From assembly GCF_009914755.1 (NCBI RefSeq), contig NC_060932.1: 64,000 bases of DNA; one strand, 5' to 3'. The DNA comes from the human T2T-CHM13v2.0 reference genome, Homo sapiens. The position numbers and the translations under genes are program-made. Shown one piece after another: positions 33,677 through 50,692 of this stretch (position 1 is the stretch's first letter; every line of letters starts with the position of its first letter). The notes under the pieces are model-generated. The model saw only the letters and a list, made by a program, of their open reading frames with translations, did no database searches and was not told the DNA's origin.

Positions 33677-35228
33677 TGACATTTTATTTTTTTTTAACTA
33701 AAAGACTTAGAGAAGTAGGTAGCATGTGACTTTTAATTTAAAACTAATGAAAAAGTTTATAACATTTCAGAATTTCATAGAGATATTTCTAAGACAAATG
33801 CTTATCATTTTAACCATAGTATCTAAAATAACATACTTTTTAAAAATGCAAACAAAAGAGAGCATATGTGTCTGTGTTGGACAGTAAGCAACTTTCCAAT
33901 CTTATCCTAAAGTAAATTTAAATTTAGTCTAAGAAATTCTGTCCTGGCTTCAGACATAAAGGTGGGAAAAAATTTCCAAGAAATTACCACATTGATCTGG
34001 AAGCAGAAGTCCATTGGTGTTTGTCTTTATTTAGGAAGCATGCCCAGCTTAAAACTGCTAAGCCTAAGAGAAGTGAAATGGGTTAGATGTGAGGTACTAC
34101 AGTGATTATTTTAAGTTATTCTGCAACATTAAGGCTGAGTGGCAGAGAATTACTCAAAATAGCCTGTCCGGTCATGTATTTTGACTAATGTTTCAGTCAC
34201 TTTGATTAGTGTTTGCTTCAAAAGTAATTGGCAAGTCCACTGGGATGGAAGAGAGTTGAAGAAGTTGATGCTATTTATAAGCCTCTTTTCTCTGTTGATG
34301 AACTCTGTACATGGTTCCATATTCACAACATATTACTTCATGATTTTACTGCTACCATCAAGCAATTACAAGAAATTTGTTTCATAAAACTCCAAGATTT
34401 TAAGATGCACTCTGTGTATAATCCCTGTTCCTTATCTCAGCTCTTTCTGCTCTATTAAGAGTTTGAGACTGTCTTGTTTTGTGATAGAATTTCCATGTAG
34501 CTTCCATAGTTATGATGACTATGACCTTTTCTGTGTTCATGTGTGTTTCTAGAAAACATTTTGTTAAAATGTTCCCTAGTTATTTAAACATCTGACATTG
34601 ATAGACTGGTTGTTTATTTATAGTTGTTCATCAAAAGTTACTGAGTTCTTTCTAAAAGCTATCCTTGTGGGTTCTGAATTATTAATATGTTTTCAAGTTC
34701 CTTTTAGCAATGGTCAGGATGGGTATGGTAACCTTCTATGAGTAAAGGATAATAGGTCCATGAGCCAATAGACAGACAAATTTGCATAGACCAATGAGAA
34801 AATAAGCAAACAAGAAACCTGGGCCTTATCATTGCATCATATAGATAAAGACTAAAAACCCTGCCTATCCTTTACTCCCTCATACTGTTTGCTGTTGCTC
34901 GAAAAGAAACACGTCAAGAGTCAATACGAATGGACAGAACTAGTCTAGAATGTAAGTTCCATGAAGGTAGGGATTCTGGTTTGTTAACTGCTCTATCTGT
35001 ACCATTTAGCACATAGTTGGGGCTCAGTAAATATTTTTTGAATGCAAAAAAAAGAGGAAATATATAAATTGATTTTATCAAAAGTACTGAAGGCTAGCCT
35101 TTTTTGATAAAACTGAAAGACACCCTCAATGGGGCGAAAAGTTCTGAGAAAGCTGCAATTTGATTTTCTTAGAGTTCCTATATCAAAATCTCTTACCTAG
35201 CTTGCAGAAAATCTCCCTCCCTCTATAA

Positions 35229-35546
<318 letters not shown>

Positions 35547-35666
35547 AAGTTAAACTTTTTAAATACATTTTGGGGAAAAGGATAGTTAAGTAAAATTCAC
35601 CAGTCTCAAAAGCTCTTTTTAATTAAAATAGAAAATGTTAATTAAATCCCATTTCTATGTTTGTGA

Positions 35667-35891
<225 letters not shown>

Positions 35892-36376
35892 TAAAATTGT
35901 GACATTGCAAGATGTGCCTCAGATCTAAGTAAGATTAGTTTTGAGTCCCACTATCATGTTGGTTCACTAGCCTACTGTAAAGGGACCTCTAGCAAGTTTT
36001 CAATGCATGATTCTCCACCCTGGGTTGTACTTCTGCATTACCTCTCGATCTTTTAAAAATACATAGATGCCTGGGCCCTATCTCTGATGAACTAACGCAG
36101 AATCTCTAGCAGTAAGACCACAGCTTCTGTGTTTTTTAAAAGATCCCCTGGTGATTCAGATGTGCCCCAGGCTTGAAAATCAGTGAGTTAAATGACATGG
36201 CAAAATAGCCAATAATGCCATAGAGCAGTGGTCTTTCAACCTTGGCTACATATTGGGCTCACTGTAGGAACTCTGGGAACTTTAAAAAGAAATGCCTATC
36301 CCACCCTTCCAGGGAGTCAGATTTAACAGGTCTGGGTGCAGACTTGGCAATGGGACTTTCGAAGTATCTCTTGGTA

Positions 36377-36651
36377 GGCTGGGCGTGGTAGCTCACACCT
36401 GTAATCCCAGCACTTTGGGAGGCTGAGACGGGCAATCACTTGAGCCTAGCAGTTTGAGACAAACCTGGGCAAGAGGGCGAAACCCCATCTCTACAAAAAA
36501 AATACCAAAAAATTAGTCCCAACTACTATGGAGGCTGAGGTGGGAGGATGGCTTCAGCCCAGGAGGCAGAGGTTGCAGTGAGCTGAGGCTGCCCCACTGC
36601 ACTCCATCCTGAGTGATGACAGAGTGAGATGCAGTCTCAAAAAAAAAAAAA
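36377..36651 (+). mobile_element. AluJ inserted in a MER5-type element (~36225-36695)
   Basis: Alu with internal deletion; TSD ATCTC(T/C)TGGT; MER5 termini CAGTGGT / AGAACCACTG. Confidence 0.85.
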
Positions 36652-36885
36652 TCTCCTGGTCATTCTAATGTTCAGCCAAAATTTAGAACCACTGGCTCAG
36701 ACTAATAAGGAGACTGATTTTTCTGCCTTATCCTTTAAAAGGGTGGATACTGTCTGCTGAATTTGTAAAAGACAAAATTTTTATACTGTTTCTGTATTCT
36801 GTTTCCACCTAGTATGAGGAAAAGACATTCAGTGGTCACTTAAACTGTCAGAAAAATATCATTGGGTTGTTTTATGTACTTATGT

Positions 36886-37057
36886 ATTTGTTTATTTATT
36901 TATTTATTTTAGAGACAGGGTCTTGCTCTGTTGCTCAGCCTGGAGTACACTGGCAGGATCACAGCTCACTGCAACTTTGAACACTTGGCCTCAAGTGATC
37001 CTCCTGCTCAGCTTCCCAAAGTGCCATGATTACAGGCATGAGCCACCATGCCTGGCC
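36886..37057 (-). mobile_element. Shortened Alu (monomer or deleted AluJ)
   Basis: (TTTA)n head followed by one Alu-arm length. Confidence 0.8.
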
Positions 37058-38731
37058 TGTTTGTTCTATTTTAAGATTCATTAAAGAAAGTTTAGAAAAT
37101 ACCAGAAAATAGAAGAGTTAAAAAAAAAAAAAACTATTAATCTCATCCTCCAGAGACACCACTATCAATATTTTGTTGTCAGCCATTTTGGTTTCTTGAG
37201 TTGCAGTGGATGGCACACCATGGTAGCATCAGAAAGTGTACATACTGTTATATTCATATGCCTTTTCATAGAAGAAAAATAAGAAACTATACATATGGTT
37301 AGCATCATTTCCTTGATTTCCTGAAGAGATTTTTCACTAATCTTATAATTAAAAATGGTTGAGGGGAGGGAGGAGATAATCTCACTCTTCCCTTCCCTCA
37401 AAATAACATTTCAGCATTCTTTAGGGCTCCAAGTCAGATACTGAACCCCAAAACCAATTTATTCCTAAGCAATCAAGGGCATCCCCTCCACATTTTCCCT
37501 CAGATCCCCACAATATCCTTGAAACATAAAGAAGAGATTTTAACCCCCTCTCTTTGCATATTGAGAAACCCAGGGAAATACAGCGTCTTACACGGGACAG
37601 TAGAATCAGCGTTCAGGAGAGCAGAAACCAACGCCCTGTTCTCTTGGCTCCCAGTTCTCTTTGTAATCAGATTAAAAACCCTCTTCACTAAGTACTTAGA
37701 TACATGTGCTGGAAAGGAAGAAGTGCTTCCCATCTAAGAAATAGTCTTTAAAATAAGAAGAATCTAGATATTAAAAATAAAATTTGATTAGGAAGTGATA
37801 TGTTCAGACAGTCGTTGATATAAGCAACTTACATTCTATTCTGTTATCTTTAAGGTGTGTGTTAATATTTTGCTAATGTAAGCCCTTAGGCCCAGGAACT
37901 GTGTCATATACATGCATATACTTTATAAATAATTTAACACAGCATTTCCCAACCATTGTGTGCAAACTCATTTGGTGTGATCAGTTGGGTGGAGTGTCAC
38001 AAGTAATTTGTTATTAATAACAGTTTTTGTATTATTGTGGATTAAAAGTTACCTCTGTAACAGAATCACTTTTTCTGACATACTGATAGTCTCTCTTAAG
38101 GGAAAGGAAAGGGGTGCACTTATAGTTAGCATATCAGAGGATGGCTTAAAGCCTTGATATGCCCATGGGAGTTTGACAAACGGTTGTCATCTGTTACATG
38201 GTCTAGGAGGAAAACAGGTTGAGAACTCCCAATCCAACATATCGTTTTTACTTAACAAGCTATCATACTACATTATCACAGCAAAAATGTTCATTCAACA
38301 TTATTTCATCTGCTAAAGACCATGAAGTGACCATTTGACTGTCCTCAGATGAGGCTGATGCAAGACCCAAGCTTGTCTGACGTCCTCAGGCCGTAGGGGG
38401 AAGTGAACAAGTTTCTAGGCCATGGCTGTCAAGACCCTGGGAAAACATGAGCATTTGTAGGCATTTTCACTTGGCATGGTACTAAGAATACCAGATTAAA
38501 TGGGATTGTGGGCCTACTATTTAGTTCCCCCAACTTGGGAAGGGGACTGAACCAGAGACAGGTCCCTGGATTCTGAGAGACTTGCTCTGGATTTACTCCT
38601 GTGATAGTTTATGTAAGCAGATTGCTTCAGACCTACATCTCTGGGTCTCAGCAGGAATGCACTAACCTCAATCAAATAGGAAGCCTAACCAGTCACATAA
38701 AGTCATCCACTATATCAGGATTCATTTTCTT

Positions 38732-39002
38732 TTTTTTCTTTAGTATTATTATTATTATACTTTAAGTTCTAGGGTACATGTGCATAACGTGCAGGTTTGT
38801 TACTTATGTATACATGTGCCATGTTTGTTTGCTGCACCCATTAACTCGCCATTTACATTAGGTATTTCTCCTAATGCTATCCCTCCCCCAGCCCCCCACC
38901 CCACAACAGGCCCGGGGTGTGATGTTCCCCGCCCTGTGTCCAAGTGTTCTCATTGTTCAATTCCCACTTATGAGTGAGCAAACTATCACAAGGACAGAAA
39001 AC
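38732..39002 (-). mobile_element. Short L1PA 3'-end insertion with a 24-bp 5' inversion
   Basis: Antisense L1 3'UTR 38732-38978, sense piece 38979-39002; TSD CAGGATTCATTTTCTT at 38716-38731 and 39003-39018. Confidence 0.92.
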
Positions 39003-39360
39003 CAGGATTCATTTTCTTGAATCTGCCAACCTACAGTTTCTTCTCCAGCTTTACACATACATCAAAGGTACCATGTCTTTTTGCCTGCTAAAATGACTGA
39101 GGGATTTTTTTTTTTTAATTTAAGAGAAGACTTTGGTAAGATGGAATGCAACTTGTATTGTTAGTAGGTGAAAGTCCAGAGGACATGTGAAAAGGTGCAT
39201 AATTGTAATGCATAAAAACACAGAGGAAAAGCAGGGGGGATTTTCTGTTTTATGTTTTTTCACTATGAGGAAATTCTGTGTAAAATGGGATTCCCAGATT
39301 GAAGGACTGGTGTAATGATTATGTAGAATTTCTTTTAATGTTATAAAAGTTATTTCTTCT

Positions 39361-39655
39361 GGCTGGGCACGGTGGCTCATGCCTGTAATCCCAGCACTTT
39401 GGGAGGCCGAAGTGGGTAAATCACGAGGTCAGGAGATCGAGACCATCCTGGCTAACACGATGAAACTCCATCTCTACTAAAAATACAAAAAATTAGCCAG
39501 GCGTGGTGGCAGGTGCCTGTAGTCCCAGCTACTCAGGAGGCTGAGACAGGAAAATTGCTTGAACGTGGGAAGCGGAGGTTGCGGTGCACTGAGATTGCGC
39601 CAGTGCACTCCAGCCTGGGTGACAGAGCGAGATTCCATCTCAAAAAAAAAAAAAA
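39361..39655 (+). mobile_element. Alu (Sc/Y-like) in intron 3
   Basis: Full length; TSD AAAAGTTATTTC(T/G)TCT. Confidence 0.93.
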
Positions 39656-40043
39656 GTTATTTCGTCTACTTGTCTAGCATCACTTATCAGCAGATAAGTG
39701 TCGGAAAGGGCTTTCTTTTTTTAAAAAAGACTTGCATATCAAATGAAAGTCTTGGATTTTAAAAGTATATATAGCCTTTCTTTGTTTATTCAAATAAATT
39801 GCTTTTTTGTTTTAAGCTATCTCTGTAAGTATACAAATTCTGGTTTTATGCTTGAAACCTGTAAGAACACTGCTTGTTAAACTTATATCATAGAATGGAT
39901 ATGTATACATCTTTTAAAAATATTTATGTACCAATTTAGAAAAAGAGGACTTCATTATAAAAACCTTATCAAGTATTAAAATTTTTAAGTAGCATTACAT
40001 TAAACAGAATTACAAACTAGCTTTCTGAAGTTATAAAATTTAA

Positions 40044-40244
<201 letters not shown>

Positions 40245-40612
40245 ATGCTTTAATTTTCATTTGCTACCTCTTTTTTTATTATGCCTTGGAATGGTTCACT
40301 TAAATGACATTTTAAATAAGTTTATGTATACATCTGAATGAAAAGCAAAGCTAAATATGTTTACAGACCAAAGTGTGATTTCACACTGTTTTTAAATCTA
40401 GCATTATTCATTTTGCTTCAATCAAAAGTGGTTTCAATATTTTTTTTAGTTGGTTAGAATACTTTCTTCATAGTCACATTCTCTCAACCTATAATTTGGA
40501 ATATTGTTGTGGTCTTTTGTTTTTTCTCTTAGTATAGCATTTTTAAAAAAATATAAAAGCTACCAATCTTTGTACAATTTGTAAATGTTAAGAATTTTTT
40601 TTATATCTGTTA

Positions 40613-40618
40613 AATAAA
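40613..40618 (+). terminator. CTHRC1: CTHRC1 polyadenylation signal AATAAA
   Basis: Ends an ~370-nt AU-rich 3'UTR, with upstream TGTA motifs. Confidence 0.8.
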
Positions 40619-41059
40619 AATTATTTCCAACAACCTTAATATCTTTAAATTAATTGCCACTAAAATTGGAGTTTCTAGTCTTTATATCTGAAAAATTTAA
40701 CATAAATCCTATTTGTGTTTATTCATTTAACACTCATTTATTAATTTTTAGTACATGTATAATATGGTTCCATTTTTAAAGGAATACAAAGAGAAAGTGG
40801 TATTTATATGTCAGGAAATATATCAGCACTTTAGGAATTTTATCTTTATTTAACAAAGGGTAACAAAGGATGGATTCTATCCTCAAATTCCTTACCATTT
40901 GGTAGAGAATATCAGACATATATAGAAATAACAATAAATCAAAAGTTAATGTGTTGATTACTATAAAAGTGTTGAAGTGGGTGATGTGGTTCAAAGGAAG
41001 AGTGATCACTTCTGGCTGAGGTGATCAGAAAAAAATCCAAGAAGGCAGTATACATGTAA

Positions 41060-41644
41060 GATTAGTGAAGTTAAGTAAATTCTGGGCTTGAATTGGAAGT
41101 ATCAGTATGAACTCCTAAAGTACTTTATCTTAAATAAAGCTACAAAACAGCAACAAAATCTAGCTTTGTTTACCGAAAAGGCCCAGAAACAATGACCAAT
41201 CCAGTAATGCCCAGAATGTGATCTCTACACTCCCATTTCCTACTAAAAGGAACTAAAAATCCTTGAAGAAATGGGAGATTTCACCTATGGGGCAGGAAAT
41301 GTACAATATGAGCATGGAACATTTTGTCATACTGGAAAACAAGGCAGCTATGAAAAACAACTCAAAAGGATCCAAGAGCCAACATTTGAATTGGTTCTCA
41401 CTGTTAAAGATGACACAATTTAAGCATCAATAAAGAGAACTGCAATGGTTTAAAACATCAAATATGTTTAAATACATGAGTTCATAATATATTAAAATAA
41501 TTGGTCAACTTACAGTATGCCAGCAAACCAACTTGTTACTTTGAAAATTGGTAAATAGAACCAAACATTTCTTCTGCTTTCTCTATATGTACTGTATCTC
41601 TGAGTAACCAAATTGTTGATGAAGGGAAATTTCTCTTTCTAAAA

Positions 41645-41698
<54 letters not shown>

Positions 41699-42430
41699 TA
41701 TATATGTCTTATAGTAACATCACATGTTGGTGGTATAGCTTGTAAATGAAGAAAGAATGATAAAATTCCAATATTACCTTTTTTCGACCCCTCATGAAGG
41801 GATCTAGTAATGAACATCAATGACTGATAATATTCCCAAAAGAGATAGACCAGCAATGTGCCTCTAATGAAAGTATATAACAGCACTCAGGAAGTAGTTT
41901 TCCAAGAAACAATCAATTCAGGATCTGATTTAGCCTCTAGTTCCAACCATTAATTTGTGGGAAATACACAGGATAAAAGAGCATGTTCATTGACACCACA
42001 GGGATATAATCAGCAAAATCCAGACGGTGGGAAACTTGAAAGACAATTTGGTTTCTTTAATAAATAATTGTAAGAAAAGTGAGGCAGGAAAAAAACTTAT
42101 AGATTAAAAGAAAAGATCATATCAACCAATTGCAATGTTTGGACTTTACTTGGATACTGATTCAAGAAAACTATAAACACAAAAACAAAACTTCCTTGAG
42201 ACAGTTGAGGACGTGAACATTGGCTGGATAGTTGATGATATTAAATAATTATTTATGTCTGGTAATGGTATTGCTCTTTTTAAATAGTACTTTTATCTTT
42301 TCAGTATCTTTTAGAGATACTGAAATATTTAAGATAAAGTGATGTGACATCTTGAGTTTGCTTCAGAATAATCTAGAAATGGGAAGTAGAAGGGGAGTCT
42401 AGATGAAATAATATTGCAGATAGGTAGATG
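41060..42430 (+). mobile_element. Old L1M (MC/MD-type) 3' region
   Basis: Degenerate L1M 3'UTR-like motifs (ATATCAACCAATTGCAATG, GAAATATTTAAGATAAAGTGATGTGAC). Confidence 0.55.
41644..41699. repeat. A(GT)11(AT)5(AC)11T perfect palindromic microsatellite
   Basis: Counted directly. Confidence 0.95.
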
Positions 42431-42600
42431 TTAACCAAGATGGGTAAAAATTTTGACAAATGGGGATAGTTGTTAAGAATAGTTTTGGTAGAGGCAACAA
42501 CATTAGTAAAAACACTGGGGTATTAATAAAATAGAAATAATGTTTTTAGGTGGGTTGAGCTTAAGTAATGTGTGTAGAAACAATAAGAGACAAATGTGGT

Positions 42601-42707
42601 GTGCTTATTTCAGCAGCACATATACTAAAATTGGAACAATACAGAGAAGATTAGCATGGCCCCTGTGCAAGGATGACACGCAAATTCATGAAGCGTTCCA
42701 TATTTTT
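42601..42707 (+). pseudogene. Full-length U6 snRNA retrocopy forming the 5' part of a U6-L1 chimera
   Basis: GTGCTTATTTCAGCAGCACATATACTAAAATTGGAAC...ACAGAGAAGATTAGCATGG...GCGTTCCATATTTTT; about 7 substitutions, mostly CpG decay; no PSE/TATA recognised upstream. Confidence 0.96.
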
Positions 42708-45644
<2,937 letters not shown>

Positions 45645-45849
45645 GTCAAATCTGGTAAAGGAGGTTGAGAAAATACTGTGGAGGCCATGAATGCCTGAGT
45701 TATTTGTAGAGCCATGGAGAGCTATTGACAGTTTGGTGTAGAATAACATTATATAACAAAAACTCATTCTAACAGCTGAGTTAAAAAACAAAAGTTAGAG
45801 GTATAAAGAGTAGAGGAAGGCCAGCTTACGAGGCTGTTAAGACAACAAA

Positions 45850-46640
45850 AAGACAAACTAGTTAGTCAAAAAATGTGCAAAAGAAATGAACAGGCATTTC
45901 CCCAAAGAAGATATATGAAGAGCCCACAGACACATGAAAAGATGCTTAACATCATTAGTTATTAGGATAGTGCAAGTTAAAACTATATTGAGATACCACT
46001 TTACATCGACCAAGATAGTTATAAACAAAAAATGGAAAATAAGTGCTAGCAACGATATGGAGAAAATGAAGTTCTGATACATTGCTAGTGGGAATACAAA
46101 ATGGTACAGCCATTGTACCCAGAAGAACTGAAAACAGTGGTACAAACATAATCTTGAACATGAATGGTCATAGCAGCGCTCTTCACGATAGCCAAAATGT
46201 CAACACAATCCAAATGTCCATCAACTGCAAACAACTGATAATCAAAATGTGGTGTATGAATACAATGGAATATTATTCGGCCATAAAAAAGGAATTAAGT
46301 GTCAATACATTCTTATAGCATGGATGAACCTCAAAAATATTACAGAGAGACACAGAAGGCAACAGGTGGTATGATTCTATTTATATGAAATGCCCAGAAA
46401 AGGCAAATCCACAGAGACAGAAAGCAGATTAGTGATTGCTAGGAGTTAGGGGAGGGAAGAATGGAGAATGATTGCTTATTAGGTATGAGATTTCCTTTTG
46501 GAATAATATAAATATCCTGGAACTACAGAGTGATGATGGTTGTACAACACTGTGAATATACTAAATGCCAATGAATTGTGCACTTTAAAGTGGCTAAAAT
46601 GGCAATTTATGTTAGATACATTATCCACAATAAAAAAAAA
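45850..46640 (+). mobile_element. Old L1M (MB-type) 3' region
   Basis: ORF2 C-terminal-like and 3'UTR motifs (GGCAAATCCACAGAGACAGAAAGCAGATTAGTG). Confidence 0.75.
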
Positions 46641-46740
46641 AAGGTTACTGGAAAAAAAGGTTATGGGCTTTGGTGATGACCAAAGGAATAAAAGAGAGAA
46701 TAGATTAGAGAAATGTCAAAAGTGCCACTCTGAAGAATAC

Positions 46741-46924
46741 ACCTCTGCCTCCTGGGTTCAAATGATTTTCCTACCCCAGCCTTCCCAGTAGCTAGGATTA
46801 CCAGTGTGAACCACCACACCTGGCTAATTTTTGTGTTTTTAGTAGAGAGCTGGTTTCACCATGTTGGCCAGGCTGGTCTCAAACTCCTGACCTCAGGTGA
46901 TCCATCTGCCTCAGCCTTCCAAAG
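46741..46924 (-). mobile_element. Partial AluS, truncated at both ends
   Basis: ACCTCTGCCTCCTGGGTTCAA...CAGCCTTCCAAAG. Confidence 0.85.
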
Positions 46925-46929
46925 TTAGT

Positions 46930-48110
46930 TCTTGTGTAATACCCTAAAAGCACAGGCAACCACAGCAAAAATGGACAAATGGTATCACATCAAGTTAAAA
47001 AGCTTCTGCACAGCAAAGGATACAATCAACAAAGTGAAGAGACAACCCGCAGAATGGGAGAAAATATTTGCAAATTATCCATCTGACAAAGGATTAACAA
47101 CCAGAACACATAAGAAGCTCAAACAACTTTATATAGAAAAACTAATAATCCAATTTAAAAATGGGCAAAATAATTGAATAGACATTTCTTGAAAGAAGAC
47201 ATACAAATGGTTAACAGGCATATGAAAATGTGCTCAATATCACTGATCATCAGAGAAATGCAAATCAAAACTACAATGTGATATCACCTCACCCCAGTTA
47301 AAATGGCTTTTACCCAAAAGACAGGCAATTAATGAATGCTGGTGAGGATATAGAGAAAAGGGAACCCTCATACACTGTTGGTGGAAATATAAATTATTAG
47401 AGTCACTAAGGAGAATGGTTTGGTGGTTTCTCAAAAAAACTAAAAATAGAACTATCATATGATCCAGCAATCCCAGTGCCAGATACATAACCAAAAGAAA
47501 GGAAATCAGTATACTGAAGAGATATCTGCACTCCCATGTTTATTGCAGCACTATTCATAACAGCAAAGATTTGGAATCAACCTACCTGTCCAACAACAGA
47601 CAAATGGATAAAGAAAATGTGGTACTTACACACAAAGGATCCTGTCATGTGCAACACATGGATAGAACTGGAGTACATTACGTTAAGTGAAATAAGCCAA
47701 GCACAGAGAGACAAACTTCGCATGTTCTCACTCATTTGTAGCAGCTGAAAATTAAACAACTGAACTCATGGAGATAGGCAGTAGAATGTTGGCTACCAGA
47801 GGCTGGAATCAGTAGTGGGGAGTGGGGGGAGAGTGGGGATGGTTAATGGGCACAAAACATAGAAGGAATGAATAAAATCTAGTATTCGATAGCACAACAG
47901 AGTTACTACAATTAACAATAATTTATAGTACTTTTAAAAATAACTAAAAGAGTATAATTGGAATGTTCGTGACACAAAGAAATACATGCTTGAGGTGACG
48001 GATGCCCCATTTACCCTAATGTGATTATTACATGTGGTATGCCTGTATCAAAATGTCTCATGTACCCCATAAATATATATCTACTAGGTACCACTAAAAA
48101 TTAAAAATTT
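46930..48110 (+). mobile_element. L1MA-type 3' region
   Basis: ORF2 fragment [19 protein letters not shown] and an L1MA-like 3'UTR. Confidence 0.85.
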
Positions 48111-48114
48111 TTAA

Positions 48115-48713
48115 AAAGTGGTTCCTTGAGATGGAATCTACTCCTGGTGAAGATGCTGTCAATATTGTGAAATGACAACAAAGGATTTGGTATATTACAT
48201 AAACTTAGTTGATAAAGCAGCAGCAGGGATGGAAAGGATCGACTCCAGTTTCAAACAAAGTTCTACCGTGAGTAAAATGCTATCAAACACCACCACAAGC
48301 TACAGAGAAATCTTCCCTCAAAGCAAGAGTCAATCGATGTGGTAAACTCCATTGTTATCTTATTTTAAAAAATTGCCACAGCCACCCCAACCTTCAGCAA
48401 CCACCAACCTGATCAGTCAGCAGCCATCATGAGGCAAGATCCTCCACCAGCAAAAAGATTGCAACTCACTGAAGGCTGAGATGATTGTCAGAATTTTTTA
48501 GCAATAAAGTATTTTTAAATTAAGCTATGTACAAGGTATTTCTAGACATAATGCTATTGTACACTTGATAGGCTACAGTATAATGTCAACATAATTTTTA
48601 TATACACTGGGAAATCAAAAACTTCACGACTCATTTTATTGTGATATTCATTTGGTTGCAGTGGTCTGGAACTGAACTATAAAAATATCTCAGAGATCTC
48701 AAAGGTATGCCTA
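48115..48713 (+). mobile_element. Tigger1 3' portion (TcMar DNA transposon)
   Basis: GATGGAATCTACTCCTGGTGAAGATGCTG...; terminal AGGTATGCCT(G/A)TA. Confidence 0.85.
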
Positions 48714-48736
48714 TATACCTATAAATCTCTTAATAA

Positions 48737-49202
48737 ATGAGAGGAAATTTATTAGGGGAATTGGCTCACCCAATTACGGAGGCTGAGAAGTCTCACAATA
48801 GGCCATTTGCAAACTGGAGAACCAGGGAGGCCCATGGTGTAATTTTCAGTTTGAGGCCGAAGGCCTGGGAACCTGGGGCAGGGGGTGTGCTGGTGTTAAG
48901 TCCAAGTCCGAAAGCTGGAGAACCCGGAGTTCTGATGTCCAAGGGCAGTCAAAGAAAGGTGTCCCTGCTCTAGAATAAAGATCACATTCACCTTTCCTCC
49001 CTGCCTTTTTGTTGAATGCAGCCCTCAGCTGATTGGACTGCGTCCACCCACACTGAGGGCAGATCTTCCTTACTCAGTCCACTAATTTAAATGCCGATCT
49101 CTTCTGGAAACACACTCACAGATATACCTAGAAATAATGCCTTAACAGCTAGCTGAGTAACCCCTAGCCTAGTCATGTTGACATCTAAAATTAACCATCA
49201 CG
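48737..49202 (-). mobile_element. MLT2 (ERVL) LTR
   Basis: GAATTGGCTCAC...GGCTGAGAAGTC...AAAATTAACCATCAC. Confidence 0.8.
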
Positions 49203-49345
49203 GACTTATCTCACTATTACACCTAATAACCGGCTTACAGACTTTTTGCTTCCTGTCCTGGCAACTGTGAGTCTGCTGGTTTGGAAGTGTTAGTAACCAC
49301 CAGGGGAACAAAATAGTGGTTCCATTGAATTGTAGGATGAGACAG

Positions 49346-49935
49346 GTTATCAGTTTCCTATTTGTTGCATAACAAATTACTACAAATTTAGTAACTTAAA
49401 ACAACACAAATTTATTTATCTCATGGTTTCTGTGGGTCAAGGGTCTGGATACAGGTTAGCTGAATCCTCTGCTCAGTGTTACCAGGCTGAAATTAAAGCA
49501 TTGGCTGGGGCTGTGATCTCTTCTGAGACTTAGAATCCTATTTCTAGCTCATGTGGTTGTTAGCACAATTCAGTTCCTTGCAGTTGTGATTAAAGTTCTT
49601 GTTTTTTTTTTTTACTGTTAGCTGAGGACTGCTCTCAGCTCCTGGAGGTCACCCTCAGGTCCCTGTGGTCCCTACTTTCACAACAGGCTGTTTTTCTTCT
49701 AGACCAGCAGGATAACTCTTCTGCTTTTAAATAACTTGCCTAATTAGATCATATCTACGCAGGATAATCTCCCTTTGGATTATAGTCAACTGATTAGGAA
49801 CCCTTTGCCATATAGCATAATCGTGGAGGTGCTATCCAATTATATTTACAGGTTTCAACCATGCTCAAGGGGAGATTACACAGGGTGTGTACAAGAGAGG
49901 GAAAGTCACGACATTCATCTCAGAATTCTGCTTAT
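49346..49935 (-). mobile_element. MLT1 LTR nested in ERVL-internal sequence
   Basis: GCATAACAAATTACTACAAATTTAGTAACTTAAAACAACAC. Confidence 0.75.
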
Positions 49936-50692
49936 CAGACTGCCACCTGGTCATTTTGCACTTCTTGTAACACTTAACCAACGGATGAAAAACAGGGGGT
50001 TAATTTATTGGCTGTAGTGATTGATCTGAATTTCCAAGGTAAATTGGTTTGCTTCTGCAAATGGAAGCAAGGAGGACTTTCTGGTACCCAGGAGATTTTT
50101 CTAAAGTGCCTCTTAATACTTCCATGTCCAACTGTAAAGGTTCAATGGAAAACCACAAGAATCAGAAAAGGGCAGGATGATTGAGGATTCAGACCTTTCA
50201 AAAAGGAAGGTTTGAAGCACTCTACCAGGCAAAGAACCCAGAGCAGCTGATTCTGACTGGGAAAGGGAAATATAGAGGTAGTTGGAGGTGGAAGCTATAG
50301 ATATCAACCATAACTTTGTGACCATTACAAAACCAAGAACTGTAATAGCTCTGCATATTTTCTCTTTGCTTGCAAGCATGTGTTTATTTTTATTTTCTAC
50401 TTTGCCATTCTCCCTATTTTTATTATACAGGTTGCTGAAGGGTAACTTTACAATTCAGTCTTAACAGAAAATTAGGTGGCATGATGACTGAATTGAGGAG
50501 TAATTAATACAGCCAGCAAAGAATCCAATGACTGTTGAAACTTTGTGTCTTATTTTGGGGAACAGCAAGAGCTTCAGTTATCAGGATAACCGTATCTTGC
50601 TAGACCAAAATACAGTTAGTTGCTCTGTTGTGCAGGAGTTCAAACACGTGTAGAAAGGTGCGTATGGAAGCTGAGCAGTCAAAGGGGCTGAC
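49936..50692 (+). mobile_element. ERVL-class internal remnant (dUTPase-like) ending in a polypurine tract
   Basis: RLPPGHFALL peptide resembles ERVL dUTPase; upstream part at ~49210-49345; PPT-like AAAGGGGCTGAC at 50681-50692. Confidence 0.6.

Noticed and set aside
42601-42707. Functional U6 gene
   Set aside because: Substitutions in the 5' stem, CpG decay, no recognisable upstream Pol III promoter, and fusion to L1 within a TSD.
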